The position numbers and the translations under genes are program-made. From the NCBI RefSeq assembly GCF_009914755.1, contig NC_060935.1: a stretch of 64,000 nucleotides of DNA, one strand, 5' to 3'. This DNA is from the human T2T-CHM13v2.0 reference genome, Homo sapiens. The notes beneath the pieces are model-generated. The model did no database searches. It was not told the DNA's origin and worked only from the letters and a program-made list of their open reading frames with translations. This document shows, in pieces, positions 26,246-39,584 of this stretch (its first letter is position 1; every line of letters begins with the position of its first letter).

Positions 26246-27815
26246 GGGGCCCTCACCTCTTTTTTCACTCCTCTTTTATGCTTTGTGTATCCAATGGAGA
26301 GGAAAATTTGGAGTCCTCAGTTTACAAAGTATTCTCAGAATTCAGAATGAACAGAGAGCATGGATCTACTGGCCAGAAGAATAGATCTTATTTGCTTGGT
26401 TTATCTTTGAGCCCATTGTGCTGGCCCATCAGCTCACAAACCCCATTCTTGTTATTTCACTTTACAATCAGGAATTTGGACTTGATTTTATATTATTAAA
26501 GTAACAGAAACTCTAAATGAGCCCATATGTGGATATCTTCATTTGATTCTTTCTTTGATGTATGACAGCCAGGACATTTCTGGAAGCAGTATAGATTATA
26601 TGTAGCACTTGTCTTGGGTCTGATTGCTTTTTGGAATGTAGTGTAGAGCTTCTTCTGGAGTGCAGGTGACATGATTGTAAACAGAGAAATTCCAAATATA
26701 CAGGAAATGGGCAAAAGAGAAACAGGTAGATGATCAAGTTGCTTTAGAAGACTGTGAGGAGAAATTACTATCTGATAGTACCACACAGATCCTTGCACAA
26801 GAGGAATGATATCCAATTCTTGCCAGGCATTGAGTGAGTTATCTTATTTCCTTCATCAAACGTTTATTGAAAAAGGCACTGTTCTTTGCACTGAGAGTAT
26901 AATCGTAAACACAAAAAATATTTACTCTCCTAGATGTTATATTTGTGTGTGTGTGGGGAGGTAGCTGGATATATATTGATTTTCCATTGCTTACTAAGGA
27001 GGAGGAGGAACAACATTTTAAGAGCCTGGTGATGTCCAAACGAAAAACATGGTTAATACCGGGGTAAGATTTGACAAGGCCAGTAATGCCGTGATCTATC
27101 ACAGATGGATCCATCCAGACCCGGGGGAAAGACTGATGTTTAAAAAGAAAAAAAAAGAATGTAGATGCCTAGTTCTACCAAGAACTAGCTGCCTTAATTT
27201 AGGAGAGTCACCTAGCCTTCCTACTGCTCAAATGTAATCTTTTCTGTAGACCTCCTCAAAAAGTGACTGCCAGGATTAGATGAACGGAGATCATGTTGTA
27301 TAAGTGTTTTGAACTGCAAAGCAGGGATCAACCTTTATGATTCCCTTAAAAAACGTAGACATAAAATCTAACGTTGTTGCTAATAATGGCTTACAAATAT
27401 GATGATTCCCGAATTGTGGTTCATATCTCCAGTGATATAAAAAAGCCCTCAAATAATCCTGACATTTCACATCCTTCTACCCTGGGAGGAGGAGCATGTG
27501 TTTGGATGGATCCTGCCCTCTCTTTAAAAATCTTTGCTCTAACAAGGTCAGAATATTGTTTTAATAATGGGCATTTGTATTTCGAATAAGTATAACAAAA
27601 ATATTTGCTACAGAAATGTAGTTGGCTATGGCGGTTACATTCCAAGGATAATGCCTTGTAACTTGAATCACAAGCAGCCTTTCCATAACTTAGATGCAAA
27701 TCACAGTCACTTAATTGACAAGTTTTATTTCTCCAGTATGTTCACTTGATTGACAGCAAGCCAAGGCATTCTTCCATGTCCTCAGCCTCCTCTTTCCTTC
27801 CTAGGACTGGCTTCC

Positions 27816-28754
27816 ATGGAGGTGAAGAACTGCTGCATGGTGACAGAGTTCATCCTTTTGGGAATCCCACACACAGAGGGGCTGGAGATGACACTTTTTG
27901 TCTTATTCTTGCCCTTCTATGCCTGCACTCTACTGGGAAATGTGTCTATCCTTGTTGCTGTTATGTCTTCTGCTCGCCTTCACACACCTATGTATTTCTT
28001 CCTGGGAAACTTGTCTGTGTTTGACATGGGTTTCTCCTCAGTGACTTGTCCCAAAATGCTGCTCTACCTTATGGGGCTGAGCCGACTCATCTCCTACAAA
28101 GACTGTGTCTGCCAGCTTTTCTTCTTCCATTTCCTCGGGAGCATTGAGTGCTTCTTGTTTACGGTGATGGCCTATGACCGCTTCACTGCCATCTGTTATC
28201 CTCTGCGATACACAGCCATCATGAACCCAAGGATCTGTGTGGCCCTGGCTGTGGGCACATGGCTGTTAGGGTGCATTCATTCCAGTATCTTGACCTCCCT
28301 CACCTTCACCTTGCCATACTGTGGTCCCAATGAAGTGGATCACTTCTTCTGTGACATTCCAGCACTGTTGCCCTTGGCCTGTGCTGACACATCCTTAGCC
28401 CAGAAGGTGAGCTTCACCAACGTTGGCCTCATATCTCTTGTCTGCTTTCTGCTAATTCTTTTATCCTACACTAGAATCACAATATCTATCTTAAGCATTC
28501 GTACAACTGAGGGCCGTCGCCGTGCCTTCTCCACCTGCAGTGCTCACCTCATTGCCATCCTCTGTGCCTAGGGGCCCATCATCACTGTCTACCTGCAGCC
28601 CACACCCAACCCCATGCTGGGAACCATGGTACAAATTCTCATGAATCTGGTAGGACCAATGCTGAACCCTTTGATCTATACCTTGAGGAATAAGGAAGTA
28701 AAAACAGCCCTGAAAACAATATTGCACAGGACAGGCCATGTTCCTGAGAGTTAG
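27816..28754 (+). pseudogene. OR10D3: Olfactory receptor 10D3; allele with premature TAG at codon 252 (TM6)
   Basis: Reads MEVKNCCMVTEFILLG...MAYDRFTAICYPLRY...RAFSTCSAHLIAILCA*. TAG at 28569-71 is followed in frame by GPIITVYLQP...[15 protein letters not shown]...GHVPES* (313 codons in total). Acceptor CCTCTTTCCTTCCTAG ends at 27804. Confidence 0.88.
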
Positions 28755-31700
28755 TAAGAGCAGATAAATGGGTGCATGGCTCTGGAATTCCTTTTGCTTT
28801 GACCTAAGAAATTTCATTCTGGAATCTTCATATGTGACAATGACTTGGAATTTTCAGCACTGTGCTGAATGATATGGACCATTATGCTATATATAATACA
28901 TTATCTTTTTGCAATATTTTATTTTATTGTCTAGGTTCTGCCTCTTCACCTATCTTCAAAGTCATATAGTCTTGTTTATTGTTACTTTGCCTTTCTTCTA
29001 TAGAGAATTGCCTGTCCCTGGAAGGAAGATCTTTTCCATCCTGCCATTTTTTTTTTTTTTTTTTTTTGCATCACTTTTCTCAATTTACTCCCCTCATACT
29101 ATTTGTGAGACAAACCTATAGGGAAAGGCAATAAAAAGAAAAGAGATTTTAAATAACTGATTGAGAGAATAATATAATTTTAAAAATATATTAACAGACT
29201 AAGGACTAGAGTCAAGATGCAGTGTTTTTTTTTCCTCCCCAAATATCTGGAAAGGGAATAACTTAGAATTTGTCAGCAAGGATGTTCATCCCATGTCTGA
29301 CCCCATGCCTGATTGCTCTGTCTAAACATTTTTAGGCAGATTGGGTTAGCCTCACTGCCTAAGGAAAGTAAAAAGCATTGTGTCTAGTATATTAGATTTG
29401 GGTCTGTTTCCATCTTGCTACCAGCTATTAGTGTGGCAAGTAGTGTGGTAACAATTTAGTAGCTTTATCAGGTCAGGCTAATGGCTTGGGCCAATGGCTT
29501 TCCAAACTTGATTCAAGGAGCCCCGAGACTCCAGTGAATTTATCCTGAGATTTCCATGTTAAATATACTTAGTGAGAACTTTCTGTTTAGTTATCATATG
29601 TATTAGATTTCTAGGTAAGATTCTACTGGAGAAAGTTTGAAAGCTTCTGGACTTTTTGATCTCTGGGGTACCTTGTAAGATTAAAAACTATGATGTGTAT
29701 CTTTTGTTTCTACCCATAACTTTAAAGGTGTTTCTGCCTTTTCTTTAACACCTGAACCTCACCCTTACCTCTTGGATATTCATTTGAGCTTGCTAGACTT
29801 GGTAAAGCTTCAAGGATCATTTCATTACCTACCAAACAATTCTGCTCTTCCAAAAAAAATTGTAAATAAAATATTTATACTTACATTTGGCCTCATGCAA
29901 CATCCTCATTTTTTGATGTGCATCAAAGTTATCTACTTTGGCTCAAAAACAGCTACACAGAAGCTTTGTGGAGCCACTGATTAGATCTGAAATCCCACAG
30001 AAGACAGAGACACTCAGCATTTTCCTGGATTCGTTGTATTAACTGCCTAGGGTACACATAATTTTACCTCTTTACACCTCTTACCAAAATACTAAGCACC
30101 GTGTTATTAAAATTCCAACTAGAAAGCTTCCCAATCCACTGTGATGTAACAAAAATAAATTCAGCTTCATATTCTCCTTTTTATCCCTTTTCAAAAACTC
30201 CTAAGCATGACACCCGAATTGCAAAGCTTCCTGCCAGAATTCTCTGTATCCTTGGAACTGTCAAGTATATAATTGTCTTAGTAGCCTCTTCACTCATTTG
30301 TGCCTTAAATTTCTGTCTTTGGTTCAGTAGTATGAAGATTATCTTTTATAGAGCCCTGATTATTTGTCAGATATTATCATAAATGCTGTGTAAAACTATC
30401 TCATTTAATCCTCAAAACAATCTTTGATATTTGTGCTATTGTTCCCATTTTACTGTGAGAGGCCCAGGATATGAATGCAAGGCTTTTACGCTTAAACACT
30501 AAGAAACTGCTTCCAAAATGCTTAAAAATCTTTCCAACTAAGAAGAGATAAGAAACCAAGAGGGAGCAGTTGACTTCATCCATGCCAGCCCAAGAAGCAT
30601 CTTACATCCAAGATAAAGATATTTTCTCCCACTCTTATGAAGGAAATGGTAACCAAGGGAGTCAATGGTGGGCTTAACTCCAGAACGTAGATGGCAGAGG
30701 CCTCAAGTGGGCAAGGCATCTCACTGCAGCAGAGGCCAGGGTGAGAAACGATTAGGCATACGAAGAGGGACACAGCAACGGAGACTCAAAAAAGAAGGGC
30801 CACACAGGAATCAGAAGTGCCACATCTTCATGTCTTCTTCCAGTAAAAAACAGACAAGAGCCATAGATGAAGGCACTGGAATCTTTGTATCACTGAGGAT
30901 TGCTGGAAGGAGGAGAGATGACTGAGAATACAAAAATCAGCAACAGCTTGAAAGAAAGCTCTGTCTCCAAACACCCACCATATGCCTTCTTCTGTCACCT
31001 GTGCTCCACTTCTCTCGTTAGGAAGTTTCCTGACCAATGTAAGGAGATGGCTGTTGATTTTCAGTTACTGATTTCTCACCCGATCTGGGCAATGATCCTT
31101 GATCCAGCAGCTCACAATCCTCTCTCTGAGCCCCAGTATTGATTTCATTTAGCTTGTTGAATTCGCCTTCTAAGGATTCATAGAGACATCTCAAAGGCTC
31201 TGTTATTGGCCAAGGGAAAATCTAACAAAAGATCTCAGAGCCCCTCCCTGGCCCCAAAATGGTTTCAGATGTAACTCAACATTCCAGAGGAATGGTAATA
31301 ATGGGACTGCATTTTCCCTTTTCTCTGGTATATGTGTTTCTTATTAACATTATAAGACAAAGTGAACAAATAAAGACAAAATGTCACATCCGTTTTTAAA
31401 GGAATGCTGATCCACTGTTACAAAATCTATTTTCTATTACTGATTTAACTATATCTGATATTAATCACAACTTACATAACTGTTTTGATTCCATTCTCAA
31501 ACGTAGAATCCTTTGAGATTTCAGTTATTTTTAAAGTTTCTTAATAATGAATCGTTAATTAGTAGCTTGCTATTACCAGAGTTAAAACACCTATCTACCA
31601 TAGTTCTTCCAATATACTCTAAAGCTGTACTTCCTATACAAACCTGTTTGAGATCATTCACAGTAAGAGCAGAAAAGCTCTTGTATGTTTTCTGCTGTTC

Positions 31701-32420
31701 TAACTTGCTTAACAGAGACTGTGAGGTAGCAGTCTATGCTTTAATTTTTCTCTCCTCCTCCTTTCTTAATAAGAAACAACATTTTCCATGGCAGTGGACA
31801 TTTTTTTTCCTCTTTTCAGTTGAGCTGTTCGCTTTAGAAGATAAATAATTAGTTTCACAAAGAAAAGCCAGGTCTAGCACCTCCAAGGATTTCTCCCATC
31901 CCCTCTGCTCCCAAACATTCTTAAAGTAAAAACAACTTTTATTTCAGGAATATTTACATCTTTAACAAAACAAACCATTTACAAGATGTGTTTATTCACT
32001 TTATTCAAGAATTTCTTCTCTGAACCCTCAGTTTGGGAGGCCCTGGGAGACCTGAGGCATGACAGTCTATGATGGGAACAATACAGCATCCAGCATTCCC
32101 TAAAGAGGATCCAGACCAGGGATCTCGCTAACATTCTCACTATGGAGAGGAGCTCAACATGCACACAGCGAGTCAACCTGAACGTTTCCATGAAGGAGGC
32201 TGCTCCATCAGGGCAGTTAGAGCACTGATTTCAAAATATATTTTCATGCCTGAAATTCTGCCATTTAAGAATGAATTTCCTCTCAAATCCCACATTCTGT
32301 TTTCAAAAGCAAATTTCCTGGGAAGTAATAGAAATGAGATACTATCTAGCTCGAGAAAGATATTTATGATTGGTAGGAGAAGTAAGAAGGCAGACGAGCA
32401 AGTGTATATGTATATCTATA

Positions 32421-32460
<40 letters not shown>

Positions 32461-32893
32461 AACGTTTTTCTCTACGTCGATTTGGCCAAAGATCGGCACA
32501 GATATCCTCAAATCTCTTTCCCATAGACATGCTAGAGAAGTAATTCAGTCGGTATTTATTAAATTCCTGTTTTGCAGCAGATACTATTGTTATGCTAAAT
32601 TGATAAAGATGGGTAAGATCCCTGCCCTGAAGGAGTCCACCATCTGTTTTTAGAATCATACAGAATAGATGGTCCATAATAAACTGTGATAATAACAGCA
32701 GGACACACTTTCTTAGGGCTTACCGCGTGCTAGGTATTACTCTCAAGCGCTTTACTTTACCTACATTAACTCATGCGGTCCTCACCATAATCCTATTATC
32801 TCATTTTATACAGGAGAAAACTGAGACACACAGAAGTTAAGAAATGTTTCCAGCTAGTAAGTCACAAAGCTAGGATGTCTTGCAGGCTGTCTC

Positions 32894-33452
32894 TCACAGA
32901 GCAGGAACACCGTCATCTTGGACAAACACCACCATTTTAAGTTCCAGCTCCCTTTCTAACCTCATGTATTTCAAGGAAATCACTTCTCTTCTAACAACAA
33001 GCAGCCAGAAAGAGCAGACAGTAAAACACAGATAAGACAGCTTGGGCACAGAGGGAGGGGGGAAAGTCTCTTGGGTAACCACCAAATTTACACTCATACA
33101 ATGGGCCCCAGTAAAACAGTGGGCCCTAATAAGCACATTCCTTTCTCTTTAGGTGCACTAAGATAGGGAAGCTAAAAGCAGACTCTGGGGGGTAAGCCTG
33201 CAGCTGCAGGAAGATGTACAGGAACAGACACAAAAACTCTCCCTCCCAGATAAGCAAGACAAAGAGACATAGAAACATTCTGAGCCTGTGATAAGCTCTC
33301 TGCCCTAAACCCTTAAATACTCTTAGTCTGTGAGAGAGTGCTCCTGACCTAACTTGGCCAGAAACCCCTCTCAAGTTTATTCTCCATCATAAATCTGTCT
33401 TTGACTATGGAGCTGCTTTTAGTGTTTCCTTCTTCCTTCTCCAATTCTCACA
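32894..33452 (+). mobile_element. ERV1 solo LTR (MER41E/LTR23-like) inserted into a MIR
   Basis: AGAGCAGGAACACCGTCATCTTGGACAAACACCACCATTTTAAGTTCC...TTCTCACA, with a flanking GTCTC duplication (32889-93 / 33453-57). Subfamily uncertain. Confidence 0.7.
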
Positions 33453-35179
33453 GTCTCCAGTGATCTTTCTTTTAATAATTTCATTACATCAGCATCATAA
33501 ATTCTGAGAAGCAATGAGAGCATGGAGAAGTGACCAATTATTTCTGCCTAGGCTGTTTGGGAAGGCTTTGCAGGAAAGGTGGGATGTGAGCCAGGCTATG
33601 AGGGATGCATGGAGGGGAGTGTGAATAAACATCAGACAGAGGGTTAGAAAGTGCGGAATCAGAAAGCAGGGGACATCTTGTGGAAGCATGGGTATGTACC
33701 AAGCACACTATTTCCAGGGAGAACGATATTGTTATAATAAAAGATGATTGGAGGCGGAAGTGAAAGACAGGAGAAAGCAGGAAGAGAGAAGGAGATGGTA
33801 GAATGGAGCCTAATCATGAACGAGTTTCTTATCATGAAGTGCCCTTTGTAGAAAAGGCCATATATTCAGATTTGCCAGGATAGTTTATACATGATTTTTA
33901 ATAGTGTTAACACTCTAAAAAGTGTTCTGATGTGTAAAATAAATTATGTGGACACTTTACTTCTCTATGAATCAAAGGAGAACTTGGCAATGAAGATTCA
34001 ATAAAAGTGTGGAGGCTGGTTATGACTTAGCTCAGCCAAGAGCATTTGCAAGTCCAGCCAGTGCCAAGAATAGAGTGGGCAGAGCACTCCACCAACAGAA
34101 TGGAGAGGAATCTGCTCTCTTCTACCCCTGTGGGAAGTACCTAACACTTAACACCCACTGACCTCTGCACCATCAGATGTAGGTTGTACCAACTCAGCCA
34201 TTTACCACCAAGGACTCTTTCTCCTGCATTATTGGAGCGCATGCAGCAACCTCATGGCAGGACTAAGACTGGATCAGAACTCTAGTTTCTCTGCCCTACA
34301 TTATGTGAATTATACCACTTAAACTTTTTGCAAATGTGAGTGAATCATGTTATATTTTGTTACATACTACTTGTTATATGTTTAAGATCATACATAACAT
34401 GGGCTCTTAATTTTCCAAACTTAAATGAATCATGCTAAGCCCCTGTGCATGCTAACCTACTTATGTATTAGTGATAGTAGACACTGAAGGATAAGCCACA
34501 GGAAAATCGAGCATCTCTTTTAAAACACATTCCCAACTCATGATAATCCCCACAGAGGATCAGATAAAGAGATGCTCAGTTTTATCAAGTGGAAAGTCTC
34601 ATAGTCAGCAAGATATGGTTGACACTTATGCTCATAAGACACATGACCAGGAGGGTACTGAAAATCTCAAAGTCATCTGCTCACAGATCCAATGATCATT
34701 ATCACAGAGCTTCTTTAAACTACCAAACCTCTCCCATCAGTGGTCTGAATCCTCAGATCTACTGGTTTATTTCCCAGTCCACTCTGTCAAAATTGTTCTT
34801 TCTAGCATCCTCCAAATAAATAAACACGAAGGCTCTTTCCTCCTAGATTCCATGACACCACCCAGTGATGGCTGCTCTCCACCTCTTTCATCAGATCTGT
34901 TCTGTAGCTTTGCTTACTTCTGTGGGAAGTTTGCTGCATACTTCAGGACTTGATCCTTCCCCCAAAACTTCATCTAATGAAATTATTCACTTCATGATTC
35001 TTAGTTGTGACCCATACACTGTTCATTTCTCCTTGAGCTCATGGGCAGGGTCTCCGGATAAATCTTAGATATTATGAAGAAAAATACCTGGATCTAAGTC
35101 TGCTTTGTTATGGGGAAAATTATGAGAGTAATTCTACTTATCTCATGGAACCGTTGTGAAAATTACATAAGAAAGTATA

Positions 35180-35780
35180 TCATCAATCAACAAGTGAATA
35201 AAGAAAAGGTTATATATATATATATACACACACATACACACACACACACACACACACCGTGAAATGGTGTATATACAGTATACACTATTGTATATATACA
35301 ATGGAATATACTACTATATTATATATTATATATATTTTATATATTATAATTATTATATTATATATAATATATATAATATATATAACATATATATATCATG
35401 AAATACTACTCAGCCCCATAAAAATAAATGAAATAATGGCATTCGCAGTAACCTGGATGGAATTGGAGACTATTATTCTAAGTGAAGTGACTCAAGAATG
35501 GAAAATCAAACATCACATGTTCTCATTCATATGTGGGAGCTAAGCTATCAGGATGCAAAGGCATAAGAACAATGAATTGGACTTTGGGGACTCAGGGTAG
35601 GGGGTGGTGAGGGATAAAAGACTACACACTGGATACAGTGTACACTGCTCGGGTGATGGGTGCACCCGTCATCACCCATCAGCACTCTCAGAAATCACCA
35701 CTAAAGAACTTACTCATGTAACCAAACACCACCTGTTCTCCAAAAACCTATTGAAATAAAAAAGCTAAAAATTTTAAAAA
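35180..35780 (+). mobile_element. L1PB-like 3' end with internal TA/CA-rich expansions
   Basis: Contains ACCTGGATGGAATTGGAGACTATTATTCTAAGTGAAG and GGGAGCTAAGCTAT...CACCACTAAAGAACTTACTCATG. Confidence 0.85.
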
Positions 35781-37870
35781 GAAAGCAAATAAATGCAAGA
35801 TTGTGAGATGTCTTATCATTTTAAAAAATAATGAAGTAAAAGGCAATACAACTATTCAAACAATTATGTAAATAAATTCTGTTTTGCATTTTAAAGAGAG
35901 AGAGAGAGAAAGAGGGAAATAGAGTTTCTCAAAGGAGGAAGTCTTTATACGTAACAGATTCACTGAGGTTAAGCTCTCTTTTGAGTATAGCTCAAGAGTG
36001 GAAGGGCCTGACTAGTTAGGTTTTGTTTTGGTCCCGCCACCTTAAATAATTAATCCCGGTTGAAAGTAGTCAACCCTGTTCCTCAATAGGGCATTTCAAT
36101 ACCTTTTTCTTTTAAATTTTAAACCACAGTCATCTAGTTACAAATATTTCTGAAAAAAACTAACCTAATTGCTTATATTTCTCAATCATGATTTCATTTC
36201 TGTAATTTCACTTTGTTTTTTAACTGCTGCCAGTTTTGCCATATAAAACATTGACAAAATCATTTTGCTCTCTTGCTAAAAATTTCTTTGGTATGTTTCC
36301 ATTTCCTATTGATGTCAAGGCTGACTATATTGAGTTTAACATTCGAAGCTTTTTAACATCTGGTTCTGATCTCTGTCACCAATTTTATTCCTATTTCTCT
36401 TTTATTCTTGACTTCTCCACAAGCCAACTCAAACTCCTTTGTAATTTTCCAAACCAACGCTAACAACATGGTCTGGATTCTCCAGTTCAGTCCTAAATTA
36501 AGCTATTCTATTGCCGTGTTAGGCCATGTTTCTCACATTGTGCTCTATCGTGGATCCTGAATTTTGGTGTATTTCTCACATATTCCCTGCTTTTGATGAC
36601 TCTGAGTCCTAGTCTTCATGTGGCCTCTGTTTGGGATGTCAGTTTCGTTGTTCTCCATAGGACCAAATTATGCTCATTTTTCAGGACACCATCCAAACAT
36701 TGTTTTCTTGCCAAAGCTTTCCTTAATGCTCCAAGCTAAAAGAAATGTTTCTCCTTTGAAATCTCATTTTCTTTGGAAGTACATATACTCTCGACAAATA
36801 CCACCCATCTGAGAAAAAACAGTATGAGTGAAGTGAAATAGGATGACCATAGTTTTTAACTAAACAGAATACAAAGATCTAGAAATTTATATGAAATAGT
36901 AAGACCAGAATCAACCTTACAGTAGTAGATCTGATGTTCAGTTTCAGCAAGTTTGTAATGAGAGTTTGAAGTACACTCACAAACTCTGATAAGTAGTTAC
37001 ATTTATGATGACATGAAAACTCAAGACATTTATTGCTAACTGATCCATAGTGGTTGTGACAATTGGGGAACAAAGGTCACCCCTAAGACAATATATACTC
37101 AGTATGTCTCAACTGTATGCTTCATTTTAGAGAACAGCAATCTTTGATAATTTTTCATATAGTTCTAGTTATAGCTGTGCATTTAGATAAAGGGAAGTAG
37201 TAAACATACAGGGTATGTTAGATTTTAGAATTGTATATTGTAAATTCGTAATGAATCTGAGAATATGAATTTGCCACTCCTGGTCATAAGAATGTTTTCT
37301 TGTTTTGATTCTTAGCAACCTAGGAGCTGAAAAACTTGGAATTTCCCTTTGACGGATATGCCAGTAATAGGATTTAATCCCCTCCCTCTTTAGAGTCTCA
37401 TGTTCCTGTAATATGAGAAAAGGGGTGACTGCATTGGGCTCCGTGCCTCTGGGCAAGCTCTCTATCACAACATGGGAATGTTAAGCGCATAACCTACCAA
37501 ACTGAAAGCAAGTCACTGGGCACAGTCTCCATTGCAAGTCCCGGAGGGTGGAAGGGAGGTCTGATCAAGAATGAGAAACTTGCTTTTGTCCTCTCCTTGC
37601 CTTTTTGGCTGTGATCCAAAAGAAGGACATGCAGGCTCTCCTAGAATCTTCAAATCATCCCTAGTTCTTCTGATCTTTTCCCCGGTCTCTGTCCCTGCAC
37701 TAATATGACAGCCATGGTCCCTATCTCCTATTTAGTCTATATTAGCTCTACAGATAGGATTCTGGCAGCATGTTAGTTATGTGATGCAGTCTAAGAAGTC
37801 AGTAGCTGGACAACAAATTGTGCCAGCCTGGAGGCCACATGATAATCCGTATTCTGCAAACTGTGCTCTA

Positions 37871-37885
37871 TCGCCCCCTGATGGA
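37871..37885 (-). promoter_or_regulatory. Candidate CTCF site
   Basis: Minus strand TCCATCAGGGGGCGA closely matches the CTCF core CCASYAGRKGGCRS and retains its CpG. Confidence 0.5.
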
Positions 37886-39584
37886 CATAGGATCATCTCC
37901 AACCTTAGCACAGAACGACCAGTTCTCCTTGGCTTTAGGGGTAATCATGATGTGTGCTTTTGGAAGGGCAGGGACAGAAGAGGAAATTTGTTTTACAAGT
38001 TCATTGGTAATTTGGAAGAAATGACAACCTCTGCATAGATATTTACACGCAGAGTAGATCTGATCATGTTAATTCCCATGCATTAAAATATTTTATGTCT
38101 CCTTACTAACTTTAGAGTAAAATCTACTCTAATATGATATACAATGATTTTTATAATCTGTCTGTATCTCAGTGCCCAGTCTCATGGCCTTGTCCATTTT
38201 TCCCATCGGGCCTTACACTCTAAACTCACCAAATTATTTGTCATTTTTCCAAAACTAACTATATCAAACTTTGGTATATTTGGATAGGCTGTTTCCACTC
38301 TCTGGGATGCAATTCATTGTTTTCAAAATCTGTCAAAATTCTCCTGCAAAAAGTCTGACTTGATACTGGTGAGAAGACATAGGCTATGCTTCCTCTGTAT
38401 TCTAATTTTAGATGATAAATACCGTAATATTTCACCTTACATTACATTGCACTTTCCAGGCTGTGTTTCTAATTTCTACATATGTTATACTTCACATATG
38501 CTGAAGGGACTCAATTAAAAGAAGATAAACTATACATACATTATCAAATAATGGAGAAGATATAATTTATATTTCAAAATATAAAATATATTCCAAAATA
38601 TAAAATTTTTCGAACAATAGTATACAAAATTACATGTAGGTTTAAAATTGAATCGAACATGTAGAAACATATCAACATGATGATTTCAAACATGTAATGA
38701 AATAAGTTACAATTAATGCAAAGAAAATTGAACTAATAAATATAGATCCTTAATGTGACTATTAATTTTGAAAAATATAGTATACAATGTGACATGATGA
38801 TACCATTTTATATCTACTGAATAAGCAAACTAATATTAAATAGTAAATAATCAAACTATATATTAACAAAGCTACAGAAGCCCCACAACATTTTTACACT
38901 ACTGGTAGCATTTATTGATTTATGTGTTCATTCCAGGAGTATTTATTATCTATTCTATGTTTTGTATAGTGACAGGAGTTGAATTTACAAGTCCAACAAG
39001 GCATTTACCCTACCCCTGAAGGTGATGATTGCAACAATATATGAACACGCAGGATTTTATGACAGCACTTAAGAGGAATACCTGTCTCAAAATGGGGAGA
39101 GATATGAGAAAAAAACATGCAATAAGGGAATAAATATTAAATTTTATAACAGATAATAAAAGTCAGCTCTGCAAAAAAAAAAAAAGTCATGGAGGAAGAA
39201 AAAGAGCAGGATTTGTGAAAGTACAAAGGAATAAAGCAGCATGGTTCATTCAGAAGTTTAAAACACATTGGTAACATCCTTCAGAAAAGGAACTTTTAAA
39301 TACAAATAAGATAAATTGATATGTTTATATACTTTGGCCCTAGGAGTCTAATATTGAGAAATTATTCTAAAGGAAAAATATATGTAATGCCAATTCATTT
39401 CAAATGGCAAGAACAATGGCATTTAAATATTCAGATATGGATAACATTAGGCAAAATATAATGTGTTGACTTAATAAAACATATGGTCATTATTATTGGC
39501 TGTCAAAATTATTTTAGCAGCATGGAAAAAGGATTATAGAATAATTTAAGTTAAAGGAACAAAATAGTACATTTCTCTTACTAG

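Noticed and set aside
25909-26350. ORFs of 85-145 aa
   Set aside because: They are translations of a CT-rich tract and an Alu fragment.
25763-30013. Exact 16-mer CAGAAGACAGAGACAC at 25763 and 29998, flanking OR10D3
   Set aside because: About one such match is expected by chance in 64 kb, and there is no extended homology.
30576-31142. Possible decayed minus-strand OR remnant (VAVSLF, VPLR-like words)
   Set aside because: No ordered set of OR motifs could be recovered; a profile HMM search would be needed.
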